A stretch of DNA of 64,000 bases from Pikeienuella sp. (GTDB lineage Bacteria; Pseudomonadota; Alphaproteobacteria; Rhodobacterales; Rhodobacteraceae), in NCBI GenBank assembly GCA_050331335.1, contig JBHJGY010000050.1, forward strand, positions 1,521 through 65,520, in the 5' to 3' direction. The notes beneath the pieces are model-generated. The model was not told the DNA's origin. It saw only the letters and a program-made list of their open reading frames with translations, and searched no databases. Below are positions 17,868-28,330 of this stretch, piece after piece. The position numbers were made by a program, and so were the translations under genes. Numbering within the stretch: position 1 is the stretch's first letter; each line of letters begins with the position of its first letter.

Positions 17868-19718
17868 ATGACCTCCACCATAGATATGACGGCGATCTCG
17901 GCACGGCACACCTCGCAGGAGGCGCGCACCCGGGTCAACCGGCGGCACTGGGCCGAATGGCGCCTGCAGGCCTACGGAATCCTCGCGATCGCCCTCGCGG
18001 GCGCGGCGCTGGTGATCCTCGTAAGCACAATCGTGAGCAACGCGTCCCGTGTTCTCTACGAGCACTATGTCGAGATCGACACGATCATCGAGGTCTCGGA
18101 CCGCGACATGGAGCGGCTTCGGGACGAAAACCCGCGGGTCCGGGCGGCCCTCAACGCTCCCTGGCGTGACGGGATGCTCGGCATGGTGCCGGAAGGCGCT
18201 GACCTCAGCCGAAGCATGAAAGGTCAGCTGTTCGCCTTGGTCTCGCGCGACGCCGGTCTCGAGCTTGGCGACGCGGTCAAGTCCGACCTGACGTTGATCG
18301 GCGAGAACTACCAGTTCGAGGCGTTGCTCGACGACCAGGTTCAGATGTGGTTCCAGGGCGCGTTCGGTGATGTGGTCGATGCGGGCTCCGAAGGAACTGT
18401 GCGCATTGAGCCGGTCGAAGGCGACGAAGGTCGTGTGGCTTTGCGGTTTGCGCCCCAGGCGATGACCGCGGCCCGGCTTGCATTGCGCGACGCGCGCGCC
18501 GAGCAGGGGCGTCGCGAGCGGGCCGAGGCGCGCCGTCAGCAGGCGGCGGTCGAAGCCATGCGCGACCGTCTCGAGGCCGCCGAGACCGCCGAGGAGCGCG
18601 AACGCGTGCAGGCGCAGCTCGAGCGGTTCGAGAGCGCGGCTGCTGAGGCGAATGCCCGGGCCGATGCGCTCATGCGGCTGGTCGATCCCCGTGCCGAGTT
18701 CACGTTGACCGAGCGTGATCCGTCGGTCTTGATCCGCTTGAATGGCGGATGGGTGAAGCTCGACAGCCTCTCGGTCGAGCGTGGCAGCGGTGTCATCATG
18801 GAGCCCCTGCTGAGCTTCGACGATGCCGAAGAGGGCACATGGCGCGCCGATCTCGTTGAGCGTCCCGAAAACGCGCGGAACATCTCCGACATGCAGGCGA
18901 TCTGGCTGGCGGATTTCGAGCGGCAGGGCAAGCTGGTGGAGCGTTTCAACTGGCGCTTGCTCACCTCGTCGGACAGCTCGAACGCCGAGCTTGCCGGCAT
19001 CTGGGGTGCCGTTGTCGGCTCGTTCTGGACGATGATCGTCACCTTCGCCCTGGCCTTCCCGATCGGTGTGATGGCGTCGATCTATCTTGAGGAGTTTGCC
19101 CCGAAGAACCGGGTGACGGACTTCATCGAGATCAACATCAACAACCTCGCCGCCGTGCCTTCGATCGTGTTCGGTTTGTTGGGGATCACGGTGTTGATCT
19201 CGGGGGTTCAGCTCTTCGGGGTCGAACTCTTCGATGGCCTGTTGCGCACGATCACCGACGATCCGCGCTCGACGCCGCTTGCCGGTGGCGTGGTGCTCGC
19301 TCTGATGTCGCTGCCGACCATCATCATTGCAGCGCGGGCCTCGATCAAAGCTGTGCCACCGTCGATCCGCGACGCGGCGCTGGGGATCGGCGCCTCGAAG
19401 CTGCAGACGGCGACACACCATGTGCTGCCGCTCGCCATGCCGGGGATCCTCACGGGGTCGATCATCGCGATGGCGCAGGCCCTCGGCGAGACTGCGCCGC
19501 TGATCATCATCGGCATGAACAGCTTTATCCAGGAGCCGCCGGGCTCTCCGCTGGACAAGGGCAACGTGCTGCCCTCGCTCATCTATCTCTGGAACAACAA
19601 TTCCGAACGTTTGTTCGACGGTAAGACCGCCATGGCGATCGTCGTGCTGCTGATGTTCCTCATCGCGATGAACGCCCTCGCGGTGCTCCTCCGCAAACAG
19701 TTCGAACGGCGCTGGTGA
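17868..19718 (+). CDS. pstA: Phosphate ABC transporter permease PstA, long form
   Basis: ELAGIWGAVVGS, YLEEFAPKN, ININNLAAVPSIVFGLLG, AQALGETAPL, FERRW. Confidence 0.95.
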   Translation: MTSTIDMTAISARHTSQEARTRVNRRHWAEWRLQAYGILAIALAGAALVILVSTIVSNASRVLYEHYVEIDTIIEVSDRDMERLRDENPRVRAALNAPWRDGMLGMVPEGADLSRSMKGQLFALVSRDAGLELGDAVKSDLTLIGENYQFEALLDDQVQMWFQGAFGDVVDAGSEGTVRIEPVEGDEGRVALRFAPQAMTAARLALRDARAEQGRRERAEARRQQAAVEAMRDRLEAAETAEERERVQAQLERFESAAAEANARADALMRLVDPRAEFTLTERDPSVLIRLNGGWVKLDSLSVERGSGVIMEPLLSFDDAEEGTWRADLVERPENARNISDMQAIWLADFERQGKLVERFNWRLLTSSDSSNAELAGIWGAVVGSFWTMIVTFALAFPIGVMASIYLEEFAPKNRVTDFIEININNLAAVPSIVFGLLGITVLISGVQLFGVELFDGLLRTITDDPRSTPLAGGVVLALMSLPTIIIAARASIKAVPPSIRDAALGIGASKLQTATHHVLPLAMPGILTGSIIAMAQALGETAPLIIIGMNSFIQEPPGSPLDKGNVLPSLIYLWNNNSERLFDGKTAMAIVVLLMFLIAMNALAVLLRKQFERRW

Positions 19719-19740
19719 GCCCGAGAAAAGGACCTGACCG

Positions 19741-20511
19741 ATGGAAAATACCCACGATATCAAGATGCATTGCAAGGACGTCCACGTCTTCTACGGGGAC
19801 AACGAGGCGATCAAGGGCGTGACGATGGACATCGAGGACCGGACGGTCACGGCGTTCATCGGCCCCTCGGGCTGCGGCAAGTCGACCTTTCTGCGTTGCC
19901 TCAACCGGATGAACGACACCATCGATGTCTGCCGCGTTACCGGCGAGATCAAGCTGGACGATCAGGACATCTACGCGCGCGACATCGATCCGGTGCAGCT
20001 GCGTGCCCGGGTCGGCATGGTGTTCCAAAAAGCCAACCCGTTCCCGAAAGCGATTTACGAGAACGTCGCTTACGGGCCGAAGATCCATGGTCTTGCCGAC
20101 AACAAAGCCGATCTGGACGCCATCGTGGAGCAGTCACTGCGCCGTGCTGCGCTTTGGGATGAGGTGAAGGACCGGCTCGACGCTCCCGGCACCGGGTTGT
20201 CGGGCGGCCAGCAGCAGCGCCTTTGCATCGCGCGGGCCATCGCCACGGCGCCTGAGGTCCTGCTGATGGACGAGCCTTGTTCGGCGCTCGACCCGATCGC
20301 GACTTCGCAAGTGGAGGAGCTGATCCACGAGCTTCGCGAGAACTATGCCGTGGTGATCGTGACCCACTCGATGCAGCAGGCCGCCCGCGTCTCGCAGAAG
20401 ACTGCGTTCTTCCATCTTGGCCTGGTGCTCGAATACGATGAAACGGGCAAGATCTTCACCAATCCCGATAACGAAAAAACCCAACAATACATCACCGGGC
20501 GGTTCGGCTGA
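19741..20511 (+). CDS. pstB: Phosphate ABC transporter ATPase
   Basis: [49 protein letters not shown]. Confidence 0.97.
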   Translation: MENTHDIKMHCKDVHVFYGDNEAIKGVTMDIEDRTVTAFIGPSGCGKSTFLRCLNRMNDTIDVCRVTGEIKLDDQDIYARDIDPVQLRARVGMVFQKANPFPKAIYENVAYGPKIHGLADNKADLDAIVEQSLRRAALWDEVKDRLDAPGTGLSGGQQQRLCIARAIATAPEVLLMDEPCSALDPIATSQVEELIHELRENYAVVIVTHSMQQAARVSQKTAFFHLGLVLEYDETGKIFTNPDNEKTQQYITGRFG

Positions 20512-20560
20512 GGATGGGACGGGGGCGCCGTCCAGCGCCCTCGATTGAGGATCCGCGGCG

Positions 20561-21274
20561 ATGAGCAAACACATCGTAACTGCCTTCGACGCGGAGCTTC
20601 AGACGATTTCCACACGCATCTCGGAGATGGGGGGGCTCGCAGAGGAGCAGCTCTCCCAGGCTCTCGAGGCGATCCGGGACCGAGACAGCGAGCTGGCGGC
20701 AGAAGTCGTCGCTGCGGACGCACGTCTAGATCGGCTGGAAGTGAAGTTCGAGGAGCTGGCCATCCAGACCCTGGCGCTGCGTCAGCCAATGGCGAAGGAT
20801 CTTCGCGAGGTCGTCGCCGCCATAAAAATCGCCTCGACGCTCGAGCGGATCGGCGATCTGGCCAAGAACATCGCGCGCCGGGCAACTTACCTGAACGAGA
20901 ACCAGCCGATTAAGGTCTCCTCGTCGATCGTTCGTATGGGGACCCAGACCCGGCTCCTGGTCTCGGAGGTGCTCGATGCCTATGCCGCGCGCGACACCGC
21001 CTTGGCCGTCTCGGTTTGGTCGCGAGATGTGGATATTGATGAGACGTACAACTCGATCTTCCGTGAGTTAATCACCTATATGATGGAAGATCCCCATCTC
21101 ATCGGACTGTGTTCGCAACTGTTGTTCGTTGCCAAGAATTTGGAGCGTATTGGTGATCACGCCACCTTCATCGCGGAGATGATCTACTTTGTGGTGGAGG
21201 GGAAACCGCTGACCGACAGTCGGCCGAAGGGCGAGCCACTTGGCGAGTTACCCCTGCCGCGCCATGGGCGATGA
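20561..21274 (+). CDS. phoU: Phosphate signalling complex protein
   Basis: LALRQPMAKDLR, LERIGDLAKNIA, KNLERIGDHAT. Confidence 0.96.
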   Translation: MSKHIVTAFDAELQTISTRISEMGGLAEEQLSQALEAIRDRDSELAAEVVAADARLDRLEVKFEELAIQTLALRQPMAKDLREVVAAIKIASTLERIGDLAKNIARRATYLNENQPIKVSSSIVRMGTQTRLLVSEVLDAYAARDTALAVSVWSRDVDIDETYNSIFRELITYMMEDPHLIGLCSQLLFVAKNLERIGDHATFIAEMIYFVVEGKPLTDSRPKGEPLGELPLPRHGR

Positions 21275-21309
21275 GGTGGGCTATTGATCGGTGAAGGAGG
21301 GAACTGACG

Positions 21310-22020
21310 ATGCCGGCCCGGGTTCTGGTGGTGGAAGACGAGGATGCGCTCTCCGCGCTGCTGGAATACAATCTCGAGAAGGAGGGCTTCGAGGTCCGCG
21401 TGAGCGCCGATGGCGAGGACGCGCTTCTCGTGATCGAAGAGGACAAGCCGGATCTCGTGCTGCTCGACTGGATGCTGCCGGGGCTCTCCGGCATCGAGAT
21501 CTGCCGCCGCATCCGTGCGCGCCCGGATACCCGAGATGTGCCCGTGATCATGCTGACCGCCCGCTCCGATGAGGATGACCGCATCCGCGGGCTCGACACG
21601 GGCGCCGACGACTACCTGACCAAGCCGTTCTCGATCCCGGAGCTGACGGCGCGGGTGCGCGCGCTGTTGCGCCGCTCGCGGCCGACGCTCTCCGCTGAGG
21701 TCGCGACCTTTGGTGACCTTACGCTCGACCGCGAAACCCGCCGCGTGCGCCGGGCCGATCGCGAAGTGCATCTCGGGCCGACAGAGTTCCGCCTGCTCGA
21801 CTGCCTGATGCAGCGCCCTGGGCGGGTGTTTTCCCGCGAGCAGTTGCTCGATTTGGTCTGGGGACGCGACGTTTATGTCGAGGCGCGCACCGTCGATGTG
21901 CATGTCGGACGGCTGCGCAAGGCGCTGAATCGGCGGGGCGAGCGCGACCCGATCCGCACCGTGCGCGCGGCCGGCTACGCGCTCGACGAGACGTATCAGA
22001 GCGCGAACCTCCGATCCTGA
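21310..22020 (+). CDS. phoB: Phosphate regulon response regulator
   Basis: VVEDE, LLDWMLP, GADDYLTKPFS, LGPTEFRLL, RTVDVHVGRLRK. Confidence 0.96.
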   Translation: MPARVLVVEDEDALSALLEYNLEKEGFEVRVSADGEDALLVIEEDKPDLVLLDWMLPGLSGIEICRRIRARPDTRDVPVIMLTARSDEDDRIRGLDTGADDYLTKPFSIPELTARVRALLRRSRPTLSAEVATFGDLTLDRETRRVRRADREVHLGPTEFRLLDCLMQRPGRVFSREQLLDLVWGRDVYVEARTVDVHVGRLRKALNRRGERDPIRTVRAAGYALDETYQSANLRS

Positions 22021-22062
22021 AGCGCGCCTGAGGCCAGGGTCAGAGACTGGGGCAGCAGCGGC

Positions 22063-22650
22063 TTAGCGGCTGGCGCGGGATCGGTCGCGCCGGGCCGACA
22101 TCGGCTGAAACGCCACCGCCACATGGTGCTTGCAGTAGGGTTTGCCAGGCACCGCCGGCAGGCCGCAGAAGTGGAAGCCATCCTCGGCGGGGTCACCGAT
22201 CGGCCATTTGCAGGTCCGCTCGGTCAGCTCCAAAAGGTCGAGCTTTTTCGCCATTTTTTCGATCTCCGCTAAGGTGACGCGGGCCGCTTCCTCTTCCGGG
22301 GTCGGCTGCCCGGGAGCTCGCGGCAGGCTCGGATCCCGGGGGGCGGGCACGGTGGTGCGCGGCGCCTCCTCCGCAGTGCTCTCCGCGGGAGGCGGCGCGT
22401 CTGGCTCGGCCGCTGGCTCTGGCGCTTCGCTGGCCGCGGCGGGCTCTGGCGCTGCCGTCTCTTGCGCCGCTCCATCCTCGGGGCCACGGGTGGCCTCCCC
22501 GCTCGAGCGATGCGAGAGGCCGAGCCGGTGGACCTTGCCGATGACCGCGTTTCGCGTCACGCCGCCGAGCTGCTTGGCGATTTGGCTCGCGCTCATGCCC
22601 TCGGCCCAAAACTCCTTGAGCTTCTCCACCCGCTCGTCCGTCCAGGTCAT
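22063..22650 (-). CDS. gcrA: GcrA cell cycle regulator
   Basis: MTWTDERVE.LK..W.EG.SASQIA..LGGVTRNAVIGKVHRLGL; CKWPIGDP...F.FCG...PYC..H. Confidence 0.96.
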   Translation of the reverse strand: MTWTDERVEKLKEFWAEGMSASQIAKQLGGVTRNAVIGKVHRLGLSHRSSGEATRGPEDGAAQETAAPEPAAASEAPEPAAEPDAPPPAESTAEEAPRTTVPAPRDPSLPRAPGQPTPEEEAARVTLAEIEKMAKKLDLLELTERTCKWPIGDPAEDGFHFCGLPAVPGKPYCKHHVAVAFQPMSARRDRSRASR

Positions 22651-22750
22651 ATCCAACTCCCCTCGTCTGCGGCGTCGGGCACGCCCTCGCCCCCCGGCAT
22701 CCGCGTCGATATAGTATTGGCGCGGGTACGGCAAACAATGGAGGCCGCTG

Positions 22751-23554
22751 ATGTCGGGACGGGTGGCGATGGGGCGTCGGCGCTTCGGGCGGGTCAATTG
22801 GCTCGGCCTCGCAACATTGGCGGAGCGCGAGGTGCGCAGGTTTATGGCGGTTTCGACCCAAACATTGCTCGCCCCGGTGGTGACGGCGATCTTGTTCCTG
22901 ATGGTCTTCACGCTGGCCTTCGGCGAGGGGCGTACCGGGATGGCTGGGCTGTCTTTCGAGGTCTTCATTGCGCCCGGCATCCTGATGATGACGGTGATCC
23001 AAAACGCCTTCGCGAACACCTCGTCCTCGCTGCTGATCGCCAAAGTCCAGGGCAACATCGTCGACACCCTGATGCCGCCGCTCTCGCCCGGGGAGATTTT
23101 GGCTGGCTATCTGCTGGGCGGTCTCGCACGGGGTTTGGTCTGTGCCGCCGCCGTTGCGGTGCTCGTGTTCCCAGCGGTCGGGGTGGGGTTCGCGCATCCG
23201 CTCTGGGCGTTGAGCTTCGCCGTCGTCGGCAGCCTGTTGATGGCGATCGTCGGGCTGCTTACTGCGATCTACGCCGAGAAATTCGATCAGATGGCGGCGA
23301 TCACCAATTTTATCGTGACGCCTTTGTCTTTCCTGTCCGGCACCTTCTACTCCATCGATCGGTTGCCGGAGCCGTTCTACACGCTCTCGCATCTCAATCC
23401 GATTTTCTATCTGATCGATGGCTTCCGGTACGGGGCCCTCGGCGTGTCCGACAGCAATCCCTGGCTGGGGATGGCCGTTTCGCTCGGCGCCAGCTGTTTG
23501 CTCATCTGGGTCGGGCTGCGGTGGCTCGCCCAGGGTTACCGGCTCAAGAGCTGA
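22751..23554 (+). CDS. ABC-2 type transporter permease (YadH-like)
   Basis: QNAFANTSSSL, FLSGTFY, NPIFYLIDGFRYG, GYRLK; divergent from gcrA. Confidence 0.88.
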   Translation: MSGRVAMGRRRFGRVNWLGLATLAEREVRRFMAVSTQTLLAPVVTAILFLMVFTLAFGEGRTGMAGLSFEVFIAPGILMMTVIQNAFANTSSSLLIAKVQGNIVDTLMPPLSPGEILAGYLLGGLARGLVCAAAVAVLVFPAVGVGFAHPLWALSFAVVGSLLMAIVGLLTAIYAEKFDQMAAITNFIVTPLSFLSGTFYSIDRLPEPFYTLSHLNPIFYLIDGFRYGALGVSDSNPWLGMAVSLGASCLLIWVGLRWLAQGYRLKS

Positions 23555-24437
23555 GGACCGTGCCGCCATCAGCGTCGCAGGCGCCGATCAGCGCGGCATG
23601 GAGCGCATCGATGAAACGCAAACGGACGCTGTCGGGGCGCACCAGGGTCCCGATGGCCCGTTTGGCCGGGGGCTCGCCGAGGGTCAGCATCCGCAGGCCC
23701 GCAGGCAGGGGGCGGTCGCGAAACGGCTCCGGCACGACCGAAACCCCGAGACCGTGAAGCACCATGGAGAGTACGCCCTCGAGGGTGTCGATCTCCATAC
23801 AAGTCACGGGGTTCACGCCGATCTGTGCCATGCTCGTCTCCACCAGTGCCGCGACCCGTGCTTCCCGGTTGAAACGCACATAGGGGTTTGCGGCCAGCAG
23901 CGCGGCGGCATCGTCGCCCGTGGCGCTTTCTGGCGCGATGAGGACCAAGCGTTGGGTGCAAAACTGGCGAAACAACAAGTCTGTCCCAACGCTCTCGGGC
24001 TCTGTGCAGACGGCGACATCGATCCTGCCATGGCGGACGGCGGTCTCCAGCTCATGGGTCAGCGCTGTGGTCAGATGGACGGTGAGATCCGGGCGACCTT
24101 TTCTCAGCGCCACGAGGGCGCGCGGTAGGATGCCCGCCACGAGGGTGTGCACGCAGCCCACGCGCAAAAGCCCCGCGTCTTCGGGTCGGCGCAGGCTGTC
24201 GGACAGCCGCTCCCAGGCGGCGATGACGTCCCGCGCCCGATCCACGACCCCACGCCCGTCGGGGGTCAGGGCGGGCGGCCTGCGGCTGCGGTCGAACAGG
24301 GTGAGCCCGGTCTCCTCTTCGAGGCCGCGCATTTGAAGCGACACGCCAGAGATCGACAGGCCGAGCGCACGCGCGGCGCCTGCGAAGCTGCCATGATCGG
24401 CGATAGCGAGCAATGTGTAGAGTGTGCGGATATCCAT
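23544..24437 (-). CDS. LysR family transcriptional regulator
   Basis: GSFAGAARAL..S.SGVS.QMR.LEEE.G..LFDRS HTH plus substrate-binding domain; last gene of the co-oriented 24-34 kb run. Confidence 0.92.
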   Translation of the reverse strand: MDIRTLYTLLAIADHGSFAGAARALGLSISGVSLQMRGLEEETGLTLFDRSRRPPALTPDGRGVVDRARDVIAAWERLSDSLRRPEDAGLLRVGCVHTLVAGILPRALVALRKGRPDLTVHLTTALTHELETAVRHGRIDVAVCTEPESVGTDLLFRQFCTQRLVLIAPESATGDDAAALLAANPYVRFNREARVAALVETSMAQIGVNPVTCMEIDTLEGVLSMVLHGLGVSVVPEPFRDRPLPAGLRMLTLGEPPAKRAIGTLVRPDSVRLRFIDALHAALIGACDADGGTVLSS

Positions 24438-24458
24438 ATGCAATTCCTTACTGGCCCG

Positions 24459-25223
24459 TTAGATCACGTTTAGTCCACGCAGGCTGAAATTGGCGCCGAG
24501 GCAAAAGAGGCCGACGAGAACGGCCCGCCGGAAGGCCTCCGCCGCGAGGCGGCGGGCGAGCCGTGTCCCGAGCCACATCCCCAACAGCGCGGACGGAACG
24601 CAGAGCAACGCAAGGAGCGTTCGGCCCCAGTCGAGGAAGCCGACCGAAGCGAAGCCGCCCGCCACCAACGCGCCCGAGACGACGAAGAGAAACCCCAGGG
24701 TTGCGCGGAAGAGCGCTTGGTCCAGCTTGAGGGCCATCAGGTAGATGACGAAGACGGGCCCGTTGGCAGCGGTAAGCGCGCCCACGATCCCTGCAGCAAA
24801 GCCGGTTCCGATCCCGGCTGCGCGCTCTTGGGTGGGTTTGATCGGAAGCACCCATCCCGAGACCGACAGCGTGCAGAACACCATGATGAAGATGCCTAGG
24901 ACCAGCGTCAGGGTGTCGGGCGGGATCGATTTGACGAGGAGCGCGCCGAGCGCCACGCCGACGGCGAGCGGCGGGAGCATGGGCCAGAATCGTGCGACCG
25001 CCTCGCGCCCGCGGCCCGAGCCCCAGAGCTGGCCCAAATTGGTGATGGGCTGAACGATGGTGTTGATCGCGAGCGCCATATCGACCGGGATGACCAGTGG
25101 AAGGAGCGAGATCGTCGCCAGCGGGAGCCCGAAGCCGAGTCCGCCCTTGATAAAGCCGCCGAAGACGAAGATCGCCAGCACAGGCACGAAGGCGTGCGCA
25201 TCGAGGCCCGCGGGCAACGCCAT
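24459..25223 (-). CDS. Sulfite exporter TauE/SafE family protein
   Basis: GGFIKGGLGFG.P, about 8 TM helices, GALTAANGP, G..LG..LA..L....FRR. Confidence 0.85.
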   Translation of the reverse strand: MALPAGLDAHAFVPVLAIFVFGGFIKGGLGFGLPLATISLLPLVIPVDMALAINTIVQPITNLGQLWGSGRGREAVARFWPMLPPLAVGVALGALLVKSIPPDTLTLVLGIFIMVFCTLSVSGWVLPIKPTQERAAGIGTGFAAGIVGALTAANGPVFVIYLMALKLDQALFRATLGFLFVVSGALVAGGFASVGFLDWGRTLLALLCVPSALLGMWLGTRLARRLAAEAFRRAVLVGLFCLGANFSLRGLNVI

Positions 25224-25227
25224 GCGG

Positions 25228-26706
25228 TTAGCGCCCGCCGCGGCGCAGGCCCGTCAAAACGAAGACGAGGCTGAGCGCCGTGAGCGACCAGAACACCCAG
25301 GTGATCGGGCTCCGGAAAAACACCCAAAAATCATCCGCCGGGTCGAGGATGGCGAGGCGGAAATTCGTCTCGAGCAGCGGGCCGAGGATGAAGGCGATCA
25401 GAAACGGCGCCGCCGGCACCCGAAGCAGCAAGAACGCATAGCCGACAAGGCCCATCAGGAACATCACGCCAATGTCGAAGGTGTTGTTGTTGACCGCATA
25501 GACGCCGAACACCGACAGCACCAGCACCGAGGGCATGACGATGGCCTTGGGGATCTCTGCGATCAGCCGGAAGCCGCGGGTCGCAATGAAGCCGATCACA
25601 AGGAGCAGTGCTGAGGAGAGCATGAGCCCGAGGAAGATCGCATAAACGAGCGCGCCGTTGGTTTGGAACAAGAGCGGGCCGGGCTGAAGATTATGGATCT
25701 GGAAGGCGCCGATGATGATCGCCGTGATCACGTCGCCCGGCACCCCGAGTGCAAGGAGCGGGATCAGCGTGGCGCCAGCGACCCCGTTATTTCCGGCCTC
25801 CGCAGCCGCCACGCCTTCGATCTCGCCCTTGCCGAAATGGGCCTTACGCGGCGAGGTTCGCCGGGCTTCGGAATAGGCGAGGAAGGCCGCCGGCGCTGCG
25901 CCGATGCCCGGGATCGAGCCCATCACCACCCCGATGCCGGAGCCGCGCAGGATCGAGGGCAGGCAACGCCGCAGATCGGCCCATGACGCTGTGCTGCCGC
26001 CCACGGCGCGCACGCGGCCCGCGCGCTCACTGGGTCGGTAGAGATAGGCAAAGACTTCCGGCAGCGCGAAGAGACCCACGAGGACGGCGATGAAGTTGAG
26101 CCCGCCCTGGAGATTGGCGTCGCCATAGGAGAAGCGGTCGGTGCCGACGATCTGGTCCAGCCCCACGGTCGCGAGCAGGAGCCCCAGGAGGCCGGAGACC
26201 ACTCCCTTGAGCAGGCTGTCGCCGGAGACGCCCGCGATGATCGTGAGGGAAAAGAGGATGAGGGTGAAAATCTCCGGCGGACCGAAGCCCAGCGCGAGCG
26301 AGGCGAGCCAACCGGCGGCGAGGATCAGCGCCAAGTTGGAGACGAAGTCGGCGATGCAGGAGGCGTAAAGCGCCATGGTGAGCGCCCGCCCGGCTTCACC
26401 CCTCTCCGCCATCGGATAGCCGTCCAGCGTGGTGGCAGAGGAGGCCGGGGTCCCTGGTGTCTTGATCAGGATTGCCGGGATCGAGCCGCCGAAGATCCCG
26501 CCCTTGTAGACGCCCAGAAGCAGCAGGATGCCGGTGATGGGCGCCAGCGCGAAGGTGAAGGGAAGCGTGATCGCCACGGCCATCGTGGCCGACATGCCCG
26601 GGATCGCCCCGCCGATGACGCCCGCGACAAGGCCGATGGCGAGCGCCGCGATGCTCTCCCACTGGGCGATCAGCTCGAAGGATTGGGCGAGGGTGTCAAA
26701 ACTCAT
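25228..26706 (-). CDS. tctA: Tripartite tricarboxylate transporter large subunit TctA
   Basis: GAIPG.SATMA, GGSIPAILIKTPGTP, TLDGYPMA, EAGNNG, IPLLALGVPGD, PGPLLF. Confidence 0.93.
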   Translation of the reverse strand: MSFDTLAQSFELIAQWESIAALAIGLVAGVIGGAIPGMSATMAVAITLPFTFALAPITGILLLLGVYKGGIFGGSIPAILIKTPGTPASSATTLDGYPMAERGEAGRALTMALYASCIADFVSNLALILAAGWLASLALGFGPPEIFTLILFSLTIIAGVSGDSLLKGVVSGLLGLLLATVGLDQIVGTDRFSYGDANLQGGLNFIAVLVGLFALPEVFAYLYRPSERAGRVRAVGGSTASWADLRRCLPSILRGSGIGVVMGSIPGIGAAPAAFLAYSEARRTSPRKAHFGKGEIEGVAAAEAGNNGVAGATLIPLLALGVPGDVITAIIIGAFQIHNLQPGPLLFQTNGALVYAIFLGLMLSSALLLVIGFIATRGFRLIAEIPKAIVMPSVLVLSVFGVYAVNNNTFDIGVMFLMGLVGYAFLLLRVPAAPFLIAFILGPLLETNFRLAILDPADDFWVFFRSPITWVFWSLTALSLVFVLTGLRRGGR

Positions 26707-26725
26707 CTGGCGCGCTGGCTCCGGG

Positions 26726-27217
26726 TCATGGCAGGCGGATGAAGATCCCCTGAGGGATCGGGACGCCGGCAAAATGCGAGAAGAAGCCGTAGAGCAGCAG
26801 GGGCAGCAGCGCACCGACGAGGAGCGCCACCCAGAGCGGTCGGGCCCGGATCAGCAGGGCGATCGCCCAAAAGCCGAGCAGTGAAGTCCAGACCATGCCG
26901 AAGGTGCCGACACCGAAGGCCAAGCCCAGCAGAACCGCGCCCAGCCCCACTAGTCGCATGAGGCCGGGTGCGGAGGCGGCTTGCGTGGCATCGTCGCCGG
27001 GCTCGGGGGCGGGGTCGGCCAGGTAGGTCGCAAGCCCAAGGCCTGCCCCAGCCGCGAGAAGGCAACTGGCGATCACAGTCGGCCACAGATCACCGCGCAA
27101 GATCCAGGGCAGGCCAGGGCCGACCACCACGCCTTCGGGGATCACAACGCTCAACAGCGCGAGCGCAAGCGCCACCGTGCCCAAGGCCAAGAGGCGGGTT
27201 CGCGCGCGGGCGGTCAT
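26726..27217 (-). CDS. tctB: Tripartite tricarboxylate transporter small subunit TctB
   Basis: 4-5 TM helices, WP motif, C-terminal F...GVPIPQG; lies between tctC and tctA. Confidence 0.8.
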   Translation of the reverse strand: MTARARTRLLALGTVALALALLSVVIPEGVVVGPGLPWILRGDLWPTVIASCLLAAGAGLGLATYLADPAPEPGDDATQAASAPGLMRLVGLGAVLLGLAFGVGTFGMVWTSLLGFWAIALLIRARPLWVALLVGALLPLLLYGFFSHFAGVPIPQGIFIRLP

Positions 27218-27361
27218 TTGGCTGTCGGCTCTTGCCGCGGTGGGGCTGCGCGCATGGCGCGGTCTCCGGGTCGATATGGGAATGTTCTTGGGCTTCCCAG
27301 AGCGGGAAGCCCCCTGGGAGGGCAGGCCGCGGACGGGGTGCCAGCGGCCTCGGGCATCGGC

Positions 27362-28330
27362 TCAGGGAATGCGCATCCCAAGTTCATCGACGAGGCCCCG
27401 GAAGACCTCGTATTGACCTTGGATGAAGCTCTGGCTCTCAGCGGGGTCCATCAAGCGGATCACCGAGCCGCGGGCTTCCATCGCCGAGACGAAGCCCTCA
27501 TCGGCGGTCACCTCGGCGAGCCAGCCGCGCCAGCTCTCGCCCACCTCGGCCGGGATCCCCGCCGGCCCGGCGATCCCAGTCCAGCCGACGAGCTGTTCGA
27601 GCTCCGGATGGCCGAGCGAGGCCGCGGTCGGCGCATCAAAGCCCTCGACCGGTTCGGCGGTGGTGACCATGAGCGGGACGAGCTGCTCGTTGGCGATGAA
27701 GCTCGCGAGCGCCGAGGAGTTGGTGCAGATGAAGGTGGCGGTGCCGGAGAGCACCGCAGTCGCCGCAGCACCGCCGCCCTGCATCGGGATGTGGATGGCG
27801 GCGGTCAACGGGTCCTCGATGCCGAAGCTCTTGAGCACCATTGCGCCCGCGATGTGCAGCAGGGAGCCAACGCCCGAGGAGGAGTAGGTCACGGTGCCCG
27901 GGGCGGATTTCACCCGCTCGATGAGAGCCGCCATGCTGTCGATCCCGCTATCCGGGCGCACGGCGCAGGCCACCGGGTTGATCTCGTAGACCCCGACAAA
28001 CTCGAAATCCTCGAGCGTGTAGGGCAGCGACGCCTTCATCGCGGGGTTCACCGTGTGGGAGCCGACGCGGGCGAAGAGCATGGTGTAGCCGTCCGCATCG
28101 GCGTTCTTGACCGAGACCGAGCCGGTCGCGCCGCCGGCGCCCGTGCGGTTGATCATGACGACGGGCTCTGGAACCAGCGCAGAGAGCGGCTCAGACATGG
28201 TGCGCGCCGAGATATCCGTCGCGCCGCCCGCGCCGTAGGGGATCACCATGGTGATCGTGCGCTCAGGGTACTCTGCCGCTGCGGCTGTGGCGACCAAGAC
28301 GGCCGCGACGCCGGTCAGGATGCTCTTCAT
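27362..28330 (-). CDS. tctC: Tripartite tricarboxylate transporter substrate-binding protein (TctC/Bug)
   Basis: Signal peptide, YPERTITMVIPYGAGGATD..AR, NRTGAGG, ADGYT, SSGVGS..H. Confidence 0.93.
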   Translation of the reverse strand: MKSILTGVAAVLVATAAAAEYPERTITMVIPYGAGGATDISARTMSEPLSALVPEPVVMINRTGAGGATGSVSVKNADADGYTMLFARVGSHTVNPAMKASLPYTLEDFEFVGVYEINPVACAVRPDSGIDSMAALIERVKSAPGTVTYSSSGVGSLLHIAGAMVLKSFGIEDPLTAAIHIPMQGGGAAATAVLSGTATFICTNSSALASFIANEQLVPLMVTTAEPVEGFDAPTAASLGHPELEQLVGWTGIAGPAGIPAEVGESWRGWLAEVTADEGFVSAMEARGSVIRLMDPAESQSFIQGQYEVFRGLVDELGMRIP

